Shown here piece after piece: positions 1 to 8,891 of a DNA stretch of 64,000 bases. Numbering within the stretch: position 1 is the stretch's first letter; each line of letters opens with the position of its first letter. The stretch is from a virus (lineage: Duplodnaviria; Caudoviricetes): positions 128,001-192,000 of the IMG/VR virus record IMGVR_UViG_3300029288_000067, one strand, 5' to 3'. The notes beneath the pieces are model-generated. The model was not told where the DNA came from, searched no databases, and worked only from the letters and a program-made list of their open reading frames with translations. Made by a program: the position numbers and the translations under genes.

Positions 1-54
1 TTTTCGAGAATCTAAGAATTAATTGGGATATGTCGAAAGTAACAGACAATTCTA

Positions 55-264
55 TTACTTTGTTTCCTTTTTAGCGGGCTCGTAGTTGTTTTTGTACCAT
101 TTATGAAAATCTGAGATTGCATCCCCGAGAGGCCCAAGACCCAACAAACCCAGCCCCATAGAAATGTTGTCCTGAAATTTTTTATTCTTTAATCTCTCTT
201 TCATCTTCTCATCAGAAATGGGATCTTCTTTTTTGGATGGGGCAAGAGCCGAAAGGTAATTCAT
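55..264 (-). CDS. small hypothetical protein resembling a segment of the tape measure protein
   Basis: 69-aa ORF abutting the protease gene; KFQDNISMGLGLLGLGPLGDAISDFHKW aligns with RFRGNTSLGMGMLGMGPIGEAFSGLHKF in ORF 15895..19362. Confidence 0.6.
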   Translation of the reverse strand: MNYLSALAPSKKEDPISDEKMKERLKNKKFQDNISMGLGLLGLGPLGDAISDFHKWYKNNYEPAKKETK

Positions 265-1032
265 TTATTTGCCCTTCAAATATTTTTGGACTGCTGGTTT
301 TTGGAAATATTCTTCAGGGATAGAAAACCCAACAGATACTCCAGATTCAATTCTCAATACACTTCTTTTTACGGCTCCGTGGAATGCGGGGACCTCTGTT
401 AAATAAGAGGCTTCAACATATTCCACAGTTCTTGGTTTTTCGGTTCCCAAGATCTCAGCAATAATTCTTCTATTTCCATGTTCATCTACATAGTGTTTGT
501 TTTTATCATTTGCTAAACAATCACAGAGTTCATGATCCTCACTGAACTGATTTCCACATTTGGAACAAGTGGAGATATATGCGTCACAGCCCATTGATAG
601 GTATTTGACTTGATCTTTTAAGATCATATCAACCATCTTTTTGTTGTCTCGGTGTGTGGCTATTAAAATGTCCACATAATGAATAGGAATATCTGGATGT
701 TCTTTTTCGGGGATTAATCTACGAAGCACCGCATCTGCAATAAAACCAATTGCTTTGTTGGGGACTTGCACATGATTGACATAGTTGTAGGCCCCAATAA
801 AGGATTTATAATTGGCCTTTATAGATTCATTGCTGAAACAATCCCCATTGTTGTTGACAAATTTCTGGGTTATAGGGTGGATATAATGTGTTCCCGGCTC
901 AATATGTACGGAAGAAACAATTGAAGCTTGGGAAAAAATATAATCATCTGAGGAAAGTTCAACTTCTACCTCATTTTTTTTACGAGAGGGTTTTACTGAT
1001 GTTTTGCTTGCGGCAGTAAATTGAAATGCCAT
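265..1032 (-). CDS. putative prohead (capsid maturation) protease with Cys-rich insert
   Basis: NNNGDCF..YKSFIG..VNH..AIGFIADA..LSMGC..CSKCG pattern, which I recognise from prohead-protease-like proteins of large phages; RBS-like AGGAAGGA upstream. Confidence 0.6.
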   Translation of the reverse strand: MAFQFTAASKTSVKPSRKKNEVEVELSSDDYIFSQASIVSSVHIEPGTHYIHPITQKFVNNNGDCFSNESIKANYKSFIGAYNYVNHVQVPNKAIGFIADAVLRRLIPEKEHPDIPIHYVDILIATHRDNKKMVDMILKDQVKYLSMGCDAYISTCSKCGNQFSEDHELCDCLANDKNKHYVDEHGNRRIIAEILGTEKPRTVEYVEASYLTEVPAFHGAVKRSVLRIESGVSVGFSIPEEYFQKPAVQKYLKGK

Positions 1033-1069
1033 GAGATATCCTTCCTATTTTCCATTGCGGCTAAAACAA

Positions 1070-1101
1070 AATAACCTTATCCGAAAAAGGATAAGGTTAT
1101 T
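1070..1101 (-). terminator. intrinsic terminator closing the leader-peptide gene array
   Basis: 13-bp stem AATAACCTTATCC/GGATAAGGTTATT, 6-nt loop, followed by TTGTTTT on the minus strand. Confidence 0.7.
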
Positions 1102-1128
1102 ATCAATCTACGAGGAAAGGATTTATTT

Positions 1129-1515
1129 CTACAGGACGATCTCTTTATCCTCTCCGTCTTGGATGAAATTATCTTTATAGATATCCAATAAATCTGAATC
1201 CGACAAAACATGATTCAATTCTTGGGGATCCTCAAAATAAGTCTTCAGCCATTCTTGATAATCAGCTTCGGTTACATATTTTACCAATCGAGCAGCATTC
1301 TTTTTCAAATTAGAAAGATGAATAGGGAGCATGTAGGCATCTGTTGGATCGATTGCCGCATAATGCCACCCGGAACCATTTGAACCTCTCCAATTCTTAT
1401 CCCCGAGGATTGGGCGGGGGGCTTCGAATATCAACCAGTTCGCGGGAACATCCCCGGGGCGAGTATCAAAGGTTCGGTAGGATTTGAAGGTGTGTTCAAT
1501 TGCAAGTTTTCTCAT
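1129..1515 (-). CDS. hypothetical protein, last gene of the array (short MRKLA leader only)
   Basis: 128-aa ORF 3 nt after the previous stop; no family recognised. Confidence 0.7.
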   Translation of the reverse strand: MRKLAIEHTFKSYRTFDTRPGDVPANWLIFEAPRPILGDKNWRGSNGSGWHYAAIDPTDAYMLPIHLSNLKKNAARLVKYVTEADYQEWLKTYFEDPQELNHVLSDSDLLDIYKDNFIQDGEDKEIVL

Positions 1516-1518
1516 TGT

Positions 1519-2019
1519 TCAATACCTTATATCGGGGTTATTGAGATTGAATCTTTCCGAGAGGGGGATTTCTACACCCCTATTGAAAGTAACTACATCT
1601 GCCAATTTTATTTGAGAGGGAAATTGATTTGTGAATGTGATATAGTTTGTGCAAAGTTGTTCTGATACCCCCGCAGGAGTATCCAGAATATTCTTTAAAA
1701 TAACACCATCTTTCCCTTCTTTTTTTGCCTCAACTAATGCAGGGGGTTGAATAATTGTCCAGTGTTCCCCTTTTGCATCCACTATTAAAGGGTTTTTAAA
1801 ACAAAGAAAGACCTCAATAATTCGTTTACCGTATCCTTTTGCTACCTGAAGATTGTCCGAAAAATAACTTGTGCCGGACTCTGCCTCAAATCGATAATTC
1901 CACATTCCTTTAAAAATGTTAAAAGAAGCCGCATTTGTCCCATGATAAACCGGCCCAATGTTGTAGCCCCTTTGTGCGGCAACTTGGGAAATATTCAACT
2001 GAGAGTATTTCTTGATCAT
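1519..2019 (-). CDS. ADP-ribosyltransferase-like (ART-PolyVal type) protein with MIKKYSQL leader
   Basis: Start re-called to the ATG at 2019 (ATGA overlap with the upstream stop); VYHGT..SYFSD..VFLCFKNPL..DGVILKN..SQIK..IPLSERFN..DIRY motifs. Confidence 0.7.
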   Translation of the reverse strand: MIKKYSQLNISQVAAQRGYNIGPVYHGTNAASFNIFKGMWNYRFEAESGTSYFSDNLQVAKGYGKRIIEVFLCFKNPLIVDAKGEHWTIIQPPALVEAKKEGKDGVILKNILDTPAGVSEQLCTNYITFTNQFPSQIKLADVVTFNRGVEIPLSERFNLNNPDIRY

Positions 2020-2390
2020 TCCGCTGCCCACTTGTCCCAATCCGGGGAGATATTTTGATACACGCTTTCGGTAAATCCTCGGTCTTTCGGTTTGTAATCG
2101 TACATCTTATCACAAACAACATGACCCGAAGGCATCACTTCTCCATTGTGGGTAATAAACCGGGTAACTCTCCACTTTGTTTTATCCGTTGGTTCTTTTG
2201 AAACAATATAGAAAGTTCCAGGATCTGCTGTTGGAACTTTTCCCCCTTTCGGGAGAAGTTTTTTCAACATCAACCGAACTTGTGCTTGTTTCACCTCTTT
2301 GTATTTCTCCCGGAACTCCTCGAAAGACGAAGTATCCCGTTCTTTCGGGAATGTATAAATGCTTGCAAGTTGGGAATATTTCTTGATCAT
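2016..2390 (-). CDS. hypothetical protein with MIKKYSQL leader; paralog of 7839..8210
   Basis: Start re-called to 2390 (ATGA overlap); shared KKLxPKGGKxP..FYIVxKxPxDxTKWR..PxGH. Confidence 0.75.
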   Translation of the reverse strand: MIKKYSQLASIYTFPKERDTSSFEEFREKYKEVKQAQVRLMLKKLLPKGGKVPTADPGTFYIVSKEPTDKTKWRVTRFITHNGEVMPSGHVVCDKMYDYKPKDRGFTESVYQNISPDWDKWAAE

Positions 2391-3721
2391 TTTTCCCACT
2401 CGTGCCCAATTAACTCTGGAAGGTACCCCTCTTTTTTCAATCTATTCGAGTATTCTTCCCAAATTTCCGGGTCTTTTTTCAAAATTTTTTCTGCGGGAAT
2501 CCATTGTCCCCTTTTTGCCGTTTGTACATATTTCCACATTGCCGTAGGATCATTGTGACAATGATACAGCATTATATCATCCCATCTTTTCTGAATACTC
2601 TTGGGATGATCTGGGTCCTCTTCCTCCCCCTCTGTATAGATTTCAGAGTTTTCTTTTATTTTATCCTTTATCACAGTGTTGTAATATGCAATAGCATCTT
2701 TTGCAACCTCATCAGATCTACTTGCATTCTCCAATTGTTCCTCAAAATCTCTGCTCTCCTGTCCCGGGTATACTTTCAAAAAATAGTCCAACCAAGAGGA
2801 AATATTTTGCAAAACAAGCCCTTCTCGAAGAGAGCTTTGCTTAATTTTGTACTTTGTTGCCAGCCAAAAAAGACTATCAGGAATATCATCATATTGATAT
2901 CGTCTCAAGTACATATTGATAATTCTTTCAGCGTCATCTTCGGACACAGCATTAATATTATCTAAATATCCTTCAGATCTCAACTCCATTAACAAAAGAG
3001 CTGCGTTATTATTCATCGAAGAAAACATTTCGTGAATAAGTTCTTGTTCGGAATAAGACAAATCTTCCCAAGGCACATGCACATCTCGAACATCCATAAA
3101 TTGTTCTAAATCATCTGTAAATTGGTATTTAACCTTAATATTGGCATTTTCATCCGAGGATTCTTTTTCCCACAATTGAAATACACTTTTGGTTTCAGAT
3201 GAACGAATATAACTCTCTGCCATACTACGACTACCATAATCTTCCCGAGTACACCAATTTGTCCCCCGCCCTAAAAGTTCCAAACTTGTTTTGTCGGAAA
3301 TAGAGGCAACAACGTATTCATCATTTTGTTCAATTGTGACCCCGGGGAATCGATTCAAATCAGAAACTTTGAATCCAATTTGTGGGGAATAATCTGACAT
3401 CACAAGATAGTGTAATTCCCCCTCAAGGTCAGAAATTTTAGGATATTGGTTAATATCTCGGTGTTTCAATTTTTTCTTATTAGAGAAAACAACAAAATTC
3501 TTCAAAACAGTTTGTACTCGGGGCTCATCTTCCGGCAGACGAATATTTTTAAAAGACATCTGCTTTATTATCCAAGCTTCAAACTTATGCTCCGGAGTGG
3601 GATCTGCTTCATTTGCCAAATAAACAACTTCTTCCGGAGTAATTTCAAGCTTAGTTGCAGCGGTATCAATCTGTTGCTTTGTTGCCCCAGCAATTTTTAA
3701 GTTCGAGTACTTTTTAATCAT
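2387..3721 (-). CDS. PcfJ-like (WCT motif) domain protein with MIKKYSNL leader; paralog of 6370..7842
   Basis: DPT..KFEAW..IRLPED..RDINQYP..GTNWCT motifs; helical C-terminus. Confidence 0.55.
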   Translation of the reverse strand: MIKKYSNLKIAGATKQQIDTAATKLEITPEEVVYLANEADPTPEHKFEAWIIKQMSFKNIRLPEDEPRVQTVLKNFVVFSNKKKLKHRDINQYPKISDLEGELHYLVMSDYSPQIGFKVSDLNRFPGVTIEQNDEYVVASISDKTSLELLGRGTNWCTREDYGSRSMAESYIRSSETKSVFQLWEKESSDENANIKVKYQFTDDLEQFMDVRDVHVPWEDLSYSEQELIHEMFSSMNNNAALLLMELRSEGYLDNINAVSEDDAERIINMYLRRYQYDDIPDSLFWLATKYKIKQSSLREGLVLQNISSWLDYFLKVYPGQESRDFEEQLENASRSDEVAKDAIAYYNTVIKDKIKENSEIYTEGEEEDPDHPKSIQKRWDDIMLYHCHNDPTAMWKYVQTAKRGQWIPAEKILKKDPEIWEEYSNRLKKEGYLPELIGHEWEK

Positions 3722-3724
3722 TTC

Positions 3725-4780
3725 TTAATACCTAAAATCTTTTGTTCCAAGATTAAATCTTTTTGAAATTGGAATGATATTCTTCTCATTGTCATATGTA
3801 ACCAATTCCGAAGATTTTATTATGTTGTTAAAAAGAGTTGCGTATGTAGTTTGGCCTTTTTCGGTCATTTTAATGATTTTAAATCCAGCTTTTTTAAATG
3901 CTTCCAAAAGATTTTCATCCATTTCCAAACTTCCCCAAGTGTCAAAAGAAGATTGAACAGGATATCGAGAAGTTCTGTAAATAGATGGTTCCGTGTATCT
4001 ATCATTCACAAAAAGCATGTATTTCTTCCTAAACCAATTGGAGGAAGAGTTTCCATTTCTTTTCTCTCTTTCTAATTTTTTCAAGTCCTCTATCACAGTT
4101 TGTTTTGTGTATCCCTTTTCTTTGAATTCTTTTTCCACCCGCTCCACATAAAAAGACGGCATACTCCGATTGTTTGGGAAGATAGAAACAATTGTTCCTC
4201 TTCGGGCATACAAAACATAATTGTTTTCAAACCCTATTAATTCATAAGACAATGGTTTACTGCCCACTTCATTATCGGGAAGAGGATCTCCTGGTTTCTT
4301 TCCTTTTAAATCCTCTTCTGAAAATTTAGGGGATTCAATCTCAATTCCTGAAATCTCTTCCAACCATTCTTCTTTTGTTATATCTTGCCCACCCCAAGTT
4401 CCCCCAGAATAAATTTTTTCTGGAAGATAAGGGAATACTTTTCCGATGTCCTCTTTTGAAGAAGGATCAAATATCTTCCCGTACAAATAGAAGGACTTTA
4501 CTCGAATATCGGCATCCATTTGCATTTCGAAAGATTTTTGCTCGGCATAGCTTCTTGCAAATTTCTCAGAAGGGGAAAAGAATTGAAGATTTCCTTTGAA
4601 AGTGTGGTTCTGAAAATTAAACACAGTTCCATGATAAACAATGTCTTTGTTGAACCCTTTACTCATTGCCTGCTGTTTTACCATTGCAAATAAAGATCTG
4701 TTATCTTTTCTCTCAATTGCTGTCAAGAATTGTTCGTCTTGCGTAAAAGCATTATGTAATGTGGAGAATTTTTTAATCAT
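3725..4780 (-). CDS. ADP-ribosyltransferase-like (ART-PolyVal type) protein with MIKKFSTL leader
   Basis: VYHGT..FFSPSEKFARSYA..VKSFYL; C-terminus IIKSSELVTYD..IPISKRFN..DFRY resembles ORF 1519..2019; large central insertion. Confidence 0.6.
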   Translation of the reverse strand: MIKKFSTLHNAFTQDEQFLTAIERKDNRSLFAMVKQQAMSKGFNKDIVYHGTVFNFQNHTFKGNLQFFSPSEKFARSYAEQKSFEMQMDADIRVKSFYLYGKIFDPSSKEDIGKVFPYLPEKIYSGGTWGGQDITKEEWLEEISGIEIESPKFSEEDLKGKKPGDPLPDNEVGSKPLSYELIGFENNYVLYARRGTIVSIFPNNRSMPSFYVERVEKEFKEKGYTKQTVIEDLKKLEREKRNGNSSSNWFRKKYMLFVNDRYTEPSIYRTSRYPVQSSFDTWGSLEMDENLLEAFKKAGFKIIKMTEKGQTTYATLFNNIIKSSELVTYDNEKNIIPISKRFNLGTKDFRY

Positions 4781-5907
4781 TGCCCCTTAACCTTGTTAAA
4801 AAATTCCCCCTCGTGATTGAATCCAAAGTCACTCCAAATATATGTAACCCCTAAACCAACTTTATCCATCACTTTTCTTAGAGCATCGTGTAATGGGTCT
4901 TCTCGATAAAACCTTGCATGTCTATATTCCTCTGCCGTGGCAAAGTTCTTTACCACAAAATCCGCCAATGGTTGAAGTTGTCGGGGAATTTTATTTGAGG
5001 ACATATCTTGTTTCAATTCTTTGTCTTGTTTTGCCGCATTTTGCATTGCATTCAAGAATACATAAAACTTCCCATTGCCTGTCTGTATTTTTCTTCCCTT
5101 AGAAGTAATATCAAAATAAACTTCTTTCCCTTTTGCCAAACCTTCCAACACAAAGATTTGTTTTTTCGAAGGGATTCCCGCTTTTATTGGAACTTGAATA
5201 CTCAATTCATTTGTAACAGAAACCACTCGGATATTCCCCGTTAAATCCAAAAACTCCTGCAAGGTTTCTTCATGAGATTCTTTTGCATCATCCCCAAGAG
5301 CATCCTGTGCAATTTGTCTATGATCAATATTTCGCCCACCATACGAAGAACCCCGCAATCGACCACTACTATCAATACAACTTCCTTGCGGGGTGATAAA
5401 TCCGATACTTGCTGGGTCCGATGTTAGGCCCCACATACGAATAGCGCGGCGATTTGCTTGTTCTCCTGTAAGGACTGCTACTTTTAGTTGAGAGTATTTT
5501 TTGATTGCCACAGTTTTATTTCCAGTCCATTTGAAGAAATCATCTACGCTGCCGTGGAAATACAATTCATCCCCACCTTCTAACTCGGCATAAAGCTCCC
5601 CGAAGAAATCTGGGTAAACTTTTTTCACCAAACCTTTAACGTGGTCCAAGTCAGATGAGAACATGACGTTGATAGTAGGGGGTATTGTATTCGTCCCATG
5701 AACACGGAGCCACCCTTTGTTCAACAAAAAATGCAGAGGGTCCCGCTCTTCTTTGTTGGAAAGTCTCAACTCCTTTACCAGTCTTGCGGCATAGGCATCA
5801 TGTGAATTTGTTGCAGAATTCTTCAAGGAATAGAACTTTCCCTGCGGGGAGATCCAACCGGAATCCATCGCGGAAATGCTATCCAAGGAAGAATATTTTT
5901 TAATCAT
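4777..5907 (-). CDS. two-domain hypothetical protein, each domain preceded by an IKKYSxL leader
   Basis: Start re-called to 5907 (ATGATTAA overlap); internal IKKYSQLKVA at ~5505; both domains have a G[WF]I[ST]PxG..H..G[WN][LI]RV motif. Confidence 0.75.
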   Translation of the reverse strand: MIKKYSSLDSISAMDSGWISPQGKFYSLKNSATNSHDAYAARLVKELRLSNKEERDPLHFLLNKGWLRVHGTNTIPPTINVMFSSDLDHVKGLVKKVYPDFFGELYAELEGGDELYFHGSVDDFFKWTGNKTVAIKKYSQLKVAVLTGEQANRRAIRMWGLTSDPASIGFITPQGSCIDSSGRLRGSSYGGRNIDHRQIAQDALGDDAKESHEETLQEFLDLTGNIRVVSVTNELSIQVPIKAGIPSKKQIFVLEGLAKGKEVYFDITSKGRKIQTGNGKFYVFLNAMQNAAKQDKELKQDMSSNKIPRQLQPLADFVVKNFATAEEYRHARFYREDPLHDALRKVMDKVGLGVTYIWSDFGFNHEGEFFNKVKGQ

Positions 5908-6373
5908 TATCGTCTTCCAAATCTTTCCAGTCACCTACAATATCCTCATCGTAGTATGTGATTTTTTCAGTTACGCCCAACGCTTGAAGAGCTTCGCATT
6001 CTTCTAATTGATCTGCAACCCGGGACCGCATATTGTCCCAAATTGAGTACTTGATATTGTCTGTTACCATCAGTGAATTATCGTTCATGTAGAACGAAAA
6101 AGAGATAACAGTATTTGGAAGTTTTAAGGCATCCCGAACTCCTTGATGAAGGGCAGCATATCTATCCCAAACTAAGATGTCCCCAGAACTTAATAAAAAT
6201 CCAGCAAAGGATTTGTCCGAGAATTTTTCGGCCCCGGGAATTTGAAGCAATTCTCTTTTGTCGGGGTTTTTTAAAATTTCAGTATTTTTAAAAATAGAAG
6301 GTGTTTTTTTCTTGGGGATAATTTCCAAGAAATCCGCTCGATGTTTGTGGAGTTGTGAATACTTCTGGATCAT
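5900..6373 (-). CDS. hypothetical protein with MIQKYSQL leader
   Basis: 157 aa, ATGA overlap; GFLLSSG..H motif weakly resembles neighbouring domains. Confidence 0.75.
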   Translation of the reverse strand: MIQKYSQLHKHRADFLEIIPKKKTPSIFKNTEILKNPDKRELLQIPGAEKFSDKSFAGFLLSSGDILVWDRYAALHQGVRDALKLPNTVISFSFYMNDNSLMVTDNIKYSIWDNMRSRVADQLEECEALQALGVTEKITYYDEDIVGDWKDLEDDND

Positions 6374-7842
6374 ACAACATTCAACTTTCGATGTTTTTTC
6401 TGAAACCCTTCTTTATTCATTTTATCAAGTACATAAGCATTCCACGGAGAAGAGGATAACCTTATTTGAGGAACCATATTGTCATCTTTCCCATACTTAG
6501 AAAGATATGGCTCTATCTCCAACCAAGGATTGTCATCTCCCATTAAAATATAGTAGTGGGCAGCAAGTGAAGACAACATAGACAATATTTTCAATGACTT
6601 CGATGTTTGAAAGCATTCCAACAAGAAATCCTCGAATGAAACCCATTTATTACTTTCTATCATGTAGTTTCTTTCCAAGTATTTCCCCATCCGATTGTAC
6701 CATCTTACCGTTGTAGACGTATTAGGGTATGTTGCTTCTTCAATATCCAAGAAATAATCTTCCCCACCCCGCCATAATCCAAAAGGCTGTACATTCAAAA
6801 CATATTCCCAAGCAAGATTTGCTTCAACAACATTGGAGTCTGTAGAATCTTTTGGCAGTTGTTTATTCACAAGAGCTTGCTCGAATTCAGGCCACCGGGG
6901 ATGATTATAGTTGTCCAAGAAATATAAATTGATATAATGACAGGATGCAAATTTAGATGTTAAAAGAATACTTCGAAAGGAATGATCCCCTGTTTTTTCA
7001 ATTACATCTCCAACATCCCCTGGGTGTGTTTTATCAACAATGTATTGTCTTTCTATTGGGGTAATAGGGGTTTTTTGTTGCAGAGCAAACAGGAGTGCAT
7101 TTTTATAAAAAGCAAACAACCCTTCATGGGGTTCGTACTGAATAGAGTAATCTTCTCCGGCATTTGCCAACTCTTTCCAATAGGAGTCAATAATAAGCCT
7201 TACCAAAGAAGAATCAATGCCTTGAACTCTTTTATCTTTTATATCCATAAATTGGGCAAGATCCGCTGTTGCTTGATACATTTTCTCAAGGGAATTTCCC
7301 ATTTTTTTGAAAATAACCAACAACCAAAACTCTGAAATATAATGCTCTGCAGTGGAAGGGTCCGAAGTACACCATTTGGACCCAGAAGCTAATTGTGAAG
7401 CAGATCCAGGATCATCAACCGCTAAAATCAACCAATCGTTATTCTGAGCAAAGACTCTTACCCCATTCAATGCTAAGTATTCATTCAACTTACTGGAGGT
7501 ATCCGGAGTTACTTCTTGCCCCTTTACTTTATCTATCTCTGCTTCCAGATCATGAATTCTTGGGTATTGATTGATATCTCTTTTGGATATCTGCTTTTTA
7601 TTCGACAATTTGATGAAATCTTCAAGGACTTGTTTCAATCGATTTCCATCTTCCGGTAACCGGATATTTTCAAATCCCATCTGTTTTACTACCCAAGCTT
7701 CAAACTTCTTTTCTTTTGTAGGATCAAACTGATTTGCACGTTTCAATAAATCTTCGGGGGAAATGCCAAACTTTTTCGAGACTGCATCAATCTGTTGTTG
7801 TGTCGCCCCAGCAGTTTTAAGTAAAGAATATTTGAGAATCAC
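6370..7842 (-). CDS. PcfJ-like (WCT motif) domain protein with MILKYSLL leader; paralog of 2387..3721
   Basis: GTG start at 7842 (GTGA overlap with the upstream stop); DPT..KFEAW..IRLPED..RDINQYP..GSKWCT. Confidence 0.55.
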   Translation of the reverse strand: MILKYSLLKTAGATQQQIDAVSKKFGISPEDLLKRANQFDPTKEKKFEAWVVKQMGFENIRLPEDGNRLKQVLEDFIKLSNKKQISKRDINQYPRIHDLEAEIDKVKGQEVTPDTSSKLNEYLALNGVRVFAQNNDWLILAVDDPGSASQLASGSKWCTSDPSTAEHYISEFWLLVIFKKMGNSLEKMYQATADLAQFMDIKDKRVQGIDSSLVRLIIDSYWKELANAGEDYSIQYEPHEGLFAFYKNALLFALQQKTPITPIERQYIVDKTHPGDVGDVIEKTGDHSFRSILLTSKFASCHYINLYFLDNYNHPRWPEFEQALVNKQLPKDSTDSNVVEANLAWEYVLNVQPFGLWRGGEDYFLDIEEATYPNTSTTVRWYNRMGKYLERNYMIESNKWVSFEDFLLECFQTSKSLKILSMLSSLAAHYYILMGDDNPWLEIEPYLSKYGKDDNMVPQIRLSSSPWNAYVLDKMNKEGFQKKHRKLNVV

Positions 7843-8210
7843 AAAGCTTTCTCCCATGCATCAAAGTCTACCAATTTATCAGTTCTTAAATATTTTGCAA
7901 CTGAATCTTCAATTCCTATTAAATTTTTGAATACCCGATGTCCAAGAGGGATTATATCATCTTGGGCATTAACCCCAAACAAGGAAATTCTCCATTTTGT
8001 ATTATCCAGGGGATCTTTATTAACAATGTAAAAACGGCTGAATTTTGCAGGAATTTTTCCACCTTTTGGCATTAACTTCTTTTCCACAAGACTCTGTATT
8101 TCCGTCCAACGCAATTCCAACAATTCCCGATTCTTTGCCCGGTCTTCTTGCAAAGGAGGTATATCGTATTTTCCAGATTGCTTCATCAAAAGGGAATATT
8201 TTCGAATCAT
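7839..8210 (-). CDS. hypothetical protein with MIRKYSLL leader; paralog of 2016..2390
   Basis: ATGA overlap; shared KKLMPKGGKIP..FYIVNKDP..TKWR..PLGH. Confidence 0.75.
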   Translation of the reverse strand: MIRKYSLLMKQSGKYDIPPLQEDRAKNRELLELRWTEIQSLVEKKLMPKGGKIPAKFSRFYIVNKDPLDNTKWRISLFGVNAQDDIIPLGHRVFKNLIGIEDSVAKYLRTDKLVDFDAWEKAL

Positions 8211-8887
8211 TTCTTTAAAGCCCCCGTTATATCTGAGGAATCCAGGCGAAACTCTCCCTTATTCCCATACACCGATTTAATCTGTGTGGAATCAAAAACA
8301 ACATATTCATCGGGAGTGAATCTTTTTTGAGGCTCTTTTTTACCCGGCGCGGTAATAGCATCGTGGGAAAAAATCAACCCATCCGCACCCCATTTTCTCA
8401 ATTTTGCCATTATCTCCGAATTGATAACAAAGGGGAATCCATTGATTTGATTCTCTACATTATACAGGTTCAAGTCTTTCTTTACTTGCTCCCATTGCAC
8501 TCCTGAAAGGATGCGTAAGGGTTCCTCTATTTTGAGATATACCGGGATAACTCGGGACCCTTTTTCATTTGGATTGGTAGAGAATGCCGGAAGTTTGTCC
8601 CTCCATTTGGAAGGACCAAAATAAATTCCTAATCCCTTTGCCGGATTCCCTCCCCCGGGAACAAATTCTTTGAAGTCTTTGCTTGTGATATGATATACCG
8701 GCATAGGCATTCTATGATCGAAAGGGTATTCATCCCTGAAAGTAACAACAGAACTTCCAAACCAACTCTTGAATTCAGGTGTTTCCACAAGCTTGTTGAA
8801 TTTATACTTGTCAGATTCCGGCCAGATATTCAAAGGAACAGGTTTTCCTTCTTCATACTTTTCAAGATCAGAATATTTTCGAATCAT
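8207..8887 (-). CDS. ADP-ribosyltransferase-like (ART-PolyVal type) protein with MIRKYSDL leader
   Basis: EFKSWFGSSVV..PVYH..GIYF..VIPVYLKIEEPL..DGLIF..DEYVVFDSTQIKSVYGNKGEF; H, Y and E positions retained. Confidence 0.75.
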   Translation of the reverse strand: MIRKYSDLEKYEEGKPVPLNIWPESDKYKFNKLVETPEFKSWFGSSVVTFRDEYPFDHRMPMPVYHITSKDFKEFVPGGGNPAKGLGIYFGPSKWRDKLPAFSTNPNEKGSRVIPVYLKIEEPLRILSGVQWEQVKKDLNLYNVENQINGFPFVINSEIMAKLRKWGADGLIFSHDAITAPGKKEPQKRFTPDEYVVFDSTQIKSVYGNKGEFRLDSSDITGALKK

Positions 8888-8891
8888 TATT

